From positions 1 to 10,264 of the forward strand of contig CAWIMJ010000028.1 of assembly GCA_963837175.1 (NCBI GenBank): 10,264 nt of DNA, written 5' to 3'. The stretch is from an uncultured Nitrososphaeraceae archaeon (GTDB lineage Archaea > Thermoproteota > Nitrososphaeria > Nitrososphaerales > Nitrososphaeraceae). Made by a program: the position numbers and the translations under genes. How positions within the stretch are numbered: position 1 is the first letter of the stretch; the number at the start of each line of letters is the position of its first letter. The notes under the pieces were generated by a model, which worked only from the letters and a program-made list of their open reading frames with translations, did not search any database and was not told the DNA's origin. Shown in pieces: positions 7,170 to 10,264 of this stretch.

Positions 7170-7908
7170 GTGATGATGCAAATGCGTTTTCCCGTAGCCA
7201 CAGCATCCATAATCACATTAAATGCTGTAATTTTTGCCATAGGACTGCTATCAGGTTCCCAAACACAAACTATTCAAAATTATGGCTTTATTCCTAATGA
7301 TCTTTTTTATATGAAGAGTAATGCAAATGATGATGGCGGGAATAATAATAATAATCCTGCTGCTGACAATTCTCAGCAAAATCCATTGTCTTCTTCTCTA
7401 CCGCCGTTGCAATCGTCGTCAGAACTACCACATATCATTATCATCACTACTGGCCGAATCCTTAACAAGATTATTCACATCTATGTTTATACATGCTAAC
7501 ATTGCGCATATTGCATTCAATTTATTTGCATTGGCTTACCTTGGTGGATATGCAGAAAGAGCAATTGGAGTTGCCCGATATGTATTGGTATATCTTATAT
7601 CAGGAATTGTAGCAGCTTTATTTCATGGTATTATAGCGTCTTACATCTTACACAATGGAGATGTAGTACTAATAGGTGCGTCAGGAGCTATCTCTGGTGT
7701 ATTAGGCATAGCAGCTGCAGCTGGCAATTACAGGGCCTATTATTGGCTGGTGATACAAATTGTATTTGCAGTGATTGGTTCTGTAAGTGCTCTTCCAATA
7801 GCATTTTCTGCTCATGTTGGTGGATTTATTGCAGGTGTATTAATGACCAAGGTATTAGTAAAGTTAGAGCAGACAAAAAGAAGAAGAAGATATTTTCTGC
7901 AGTCCTGA
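7170..7908 (+). pseudogene. Rhomboid family intramembrane serine protease, split by a +1 frameshift near 7430 (pseudogene or sequencing error)
   Basis: ORF 7170.. gives the N-terminus (FPVATASIITLNAVIF...YGFIP). ORF ..7908 gives RLFTSMFIHANIAHIAFNL, catalytic GASGAISG and AHVGG. The frames switch inside a Ser/Pro low-complexity linker. Confidence 0.9.
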
Positions 7909-7945
7909 TAGAAAAGAGGTGGTGGTGCTTGCCACTATCTATCAG
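7905..7945 (+). terminator. Stem-loop overlapping the rhomboid stop codon
   Basis: CTGATAGA (7905-7912) pairs with TCTATCAG (7938-7945). An inner stem TGGTGGT/GCCACTA closes a GCTT loop, with a 7-nt bulge. There is no U-tract. Confidence 0.3.
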
Positions 7946-7958
7946 AGGGTAAAAGATC

Positions 7959-8234
7959 AAAGAAAGAAAATTTCCCTCATTCAAAATATCCAGTATAATA
8001 AAAGTAAAAGAATGAAAGTCATTTAGAGATTCTCTTGCCAAATCAAAGAGAAAGATATTTGAGGATATGTTTGCTATTTCTCATTTGTATAACTCTGCAT
8101 GCTCTTATTCTGCCAAATATGTTAGAATAAACCCTATTTTCATGTCTATTATATTTCATCATTATAAACAACTTACAAAGGTGAATATTGAAGAATGGGA
8201 ATATGTGCTATGTATTGCGTCAAAGACAAAATAG
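7959..8234 (+). pseudogene. Pseudogene of a small conserved archaeal 'MGRTIPSFR...EWKxFR' protein
   Basis: Manual translation KERKFPSFKISSIIKVKE*KSFRDSLAKSKRKIFEDMFAISHLYNSACSYSAKYVRINPIFMSIIFHHYKQL. The start codon is lost and Trp appears changed to TGA at 8013. It is not in the ORF track. Confidence 0.7.
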
Positions 8235-8318
8235 ATGGAAAGTGTTGTTGTTGCTATTGCATGTCATATAAATAACAAGACATTTTTGATGGTCTTACAA
8301 GGTAGTATTATTATTATT

Positions 8319-9494
8319 TTACTTTCTTCTTAACCTTCTACTAGGTTGCATTAATTCCATCAGCTGATATCCATATTCTAAATTGTGTTTAATATGGTTA
8401 ATCCCATGAGAACCATGTAGTATAAATTTATTATCAAGAACATTTTCAATATAGGATCTTGCTTTTCTTAATGAGGTTATAGCATGTTGGAGTTGATAAT
8501 CAGTCAGATTTCTTCCAAGCTCCTTTTGAAGATCTACTTTAAATTTCTCTTCAGAGTCTCTTATTATCAGCTCACAGTATTTTTGTAATTTACCGTAGTT
8601 AAAACAAAGATCTCTCATTCTTATTGTATCTGCAAGCTGCAATTCAGCAAGTGACAATTCTAATGCTTTTTTGCTTCTGCCAGTAATCTGATTAAGATTT
8701 TCAATTAATTTACTTTTTTCCTCTTCACTAATGTTGTTGTTATAGTAGTAGTAGTTTGATGATGGTGGTGACGACATGGGTCTTGACTTGAATATATTGT
8801 TTGAATATCCTTTTTTCTTGTGTATAGTATCAAAGGTTGTGACATGGGCAGTAGTAGTAGTAGCCTTATCAATGTTTAATTTTCTATATTGATAATAACT
8901 CTTTATACCATACGTAGTTATTCTCTTACCTTCAGTATCTATTCCTTTAGCAAAACCTGATACAACATCAACAATAATTTGTGGATAATTTGTTTTTAAC
9001 CTCTCGTTGGAACTCTGATAATTTTCCATAATATCTTTAGAGATTTCAAATATTGTAGCTTTTACTATTTCTGATTTTTTTTCTAAGTGTGCTGGTGTTG
9101 TTGTTGTTACTTTTACTCCGCGTATTTTATCTTGTTCTTCTTTTCCTCCTTTCTCCTCCTCCTCATGAATGCTCATTGGATAAAGATTAGCAGATGTTGC
9201 TGCTATAATTAAAAAATCATTTATTTCTGATTGGGAAAAGATATGCTTATTAGTTGCACACGACTCTGCTATTACCTTCATAGCTATAATCCATTTTCCA
9301 TAAGTGTTTATCTTCTCAACATTAATCTTTTTGATAGATTCAAAAGCTTTTTTACTAATTTGGCTATTGTGCTTTATTTTTAACCTATCCAGACATTCAT
9401 CAAGTACTCTCTCTAGAGGAGAATCTGTAACTACATTCTCCTCCTCATTTTGTAATGGTGGTGATGATGATGGCGAGTATTTACTATCTTTCAT
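8319..9494 (-). CDS. Hypothetical protein, 391 aa, with His-rich C-terminal motif HGSHGINHIKH
   Basis: Long ORF with an ATG start, low-complexity linkers (poly-E, T, Y, N) between helical regions, and no confidently recognisable family. Confidence 0.85.
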   Translation of the reverse strand: MKDSKYSPSSSPPLQNEEENVVTDSPLERVLDECLDRLKIKHNSQISKKAFESIKKINVEKINTYGKWIIAMKVIAESCATNKHIFSQSEINDFLIIAATSANLYPMSIHEEEEKGGKEEQDKIRGVKVTTTTPAHLEKKSEIVKATIFEISKDIMENYQSSNERLKTNYPQIIVDVVSGFAKGIDTEGKRITTYGIKSYYQYRKLNIDKATTTTAHVTTFDTIHKKKGYSNNIFKSRPMSSPPSSNYYYYNNNISEEEKSKLIENLNQITGRSKKALELSLAELQLADTIRMRDLCFNYGKLQKYCELIIRDSEEKFKVDLQKELGRNLTDYQLQHAITSLRKARSYIENVLDNKFILHGSHGINHIKHNLEYGYQLMELMQPSRRLRRK

Positions 9495-9635
9495 GGATAC
9501 TTTTTGATACCCCTATAGTACTGTTCTTTGGATGTTTACAATGACAAATATGACTATTGAGACTGTGAAATGAAAACTTGTGATGGCATCTATAATAGTT
9601 ACATATGGGTTCTGACTCTTGACCAAATACATCAA

Positions 9636-9983
9636 TTACCTTTGCTGGTTCTGATGATGATTGTTGTTGTGCTGTTGCATTGACACTGACTCTCCAGATT
9701 GAGGTGTCGTCGTCATCATCATCGTCATTGTCTTTGTACTTGATGATGGGATGGATGAGTAAGAATATTTCACTTTAGTTATTAATGGTTTGGATTGAAT
9801 TTTCTTCTTCTTTTCTAGTTCTTCCTTCTTCCAATGGCAGCTATAACAAAAACCACATTTTATGCAGGTAAGTTCGGTTCTGTTTCTACAGGATTTACAT
9901 TCTTGATATCTGAACGATAATGTATCTCTCAGATATTCATGGGATGTTGAGGGTGTACTCTTCCATATATTTTGGACAGCCAT
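9636..9983 (-). CDS. Small zinc-finger protein (CxxC-x7-CxxC-x2-CxxCH) with low-complexity tail, 115 aa
   Basis: ECKSCRNRTELTCIKCGFCYSCHW. ATG 9983 (MAVQNIW) is preferred over 10025. Confidence 0.75.
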   Translation of the reverse strand: MAVQNIWKSTPSTSHEYLRDTLSFRYQECKSCRNRTELTCIKCGFCYSCHWKKEELEKKKKIQSKPLITKVKYSYSSIPSSSTKTMTMMMTTTPQSGESVSMQQHNNNHHQNQQR

Positions 9984-10029
9984 TGCCGCTCTATTGATAT
10001 ATAGAACTAGTAAGGTTAAAAGCATTCTG

Positions 10030-10060
10030 AATGTTATCTATAGTTTTAATGTTATCTATA
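10030..10060. repeat. 13-bp direct repeat AATGTTATCTATA x2 (18-bp period)
   Basis: Copies at 10030-10042 and 10048-10060, upstream of the zinc-finger gene. Confidence 0.6.
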
Positions 10061-10264
10061 TAGTCCCATGATTCCATTAGTATAATTATAGAAACTCATT
10101 TTTGTCTATGCAGAGGCCAATAATGTCGTCTTCATATATAAATATATGTACATGGGGTTAGTATTGCCTCGATGTTATGAGTCAGATAGGGTCTATTGGA
10201 ATGAAATTGAAATGTTTGCTATATGTATTATGACTGGAAGCTATTGATGCTAGTTAATACCATC

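Noticed and set aside
7097-8041. Track ORFs 7097..7297, 7743..7952 and 7826..8041
   Set aside because: Alternative-frame or antisense overlaps of the rhomboid gene and the 7959-8234 pseudogene.
9304-9507. Track ORF, 67 aa (+)
   Set aside because: Antisense to the 391-aa gene.

Overview
AT-rich window that reads like an accessory region of a soil ammonia-oxidising archaeon (Nitrososphaeraceae-like). This is inferred from the protein families, the Asn/Gln/Ser/Thr low-complexity linkers and TATA-type promoters. Intact genes are a secreted dienelactone hydrolase-family enzyme (4328-5260), a CYTH-like protein (5770-6711), a 391-aa hypothetical protein, a Cys8-like zinc-finger protein and several small hypothetical proteins. 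A rhomboid protease and probably a membrane protein are each split by a +1 frameshift. The spacers hold many gene remnants: glyoxalase/VOC, AbrB-like, a PQQ sugar-dehydrogenase C-terminus, a Rieske protein and an 'MGRTIPSFR'-type archaeal protein. The most striking signal is four GC-rich 15-21-bp motifs, plus one degenerate candidate, all in the same orientation (636, 1318, 4003, 5291; possibly 327). On the minus strand they read as tRNA 3' ends broken in the T-loop. Two are an exact 17-bp direct repeat bracketing the hydrolase gene. This suggests serially integrated cargo modules bounded by tRNA-derived att-like sites. No integrase, full tRNA, rRNA or CRISPR array is visible in the window.
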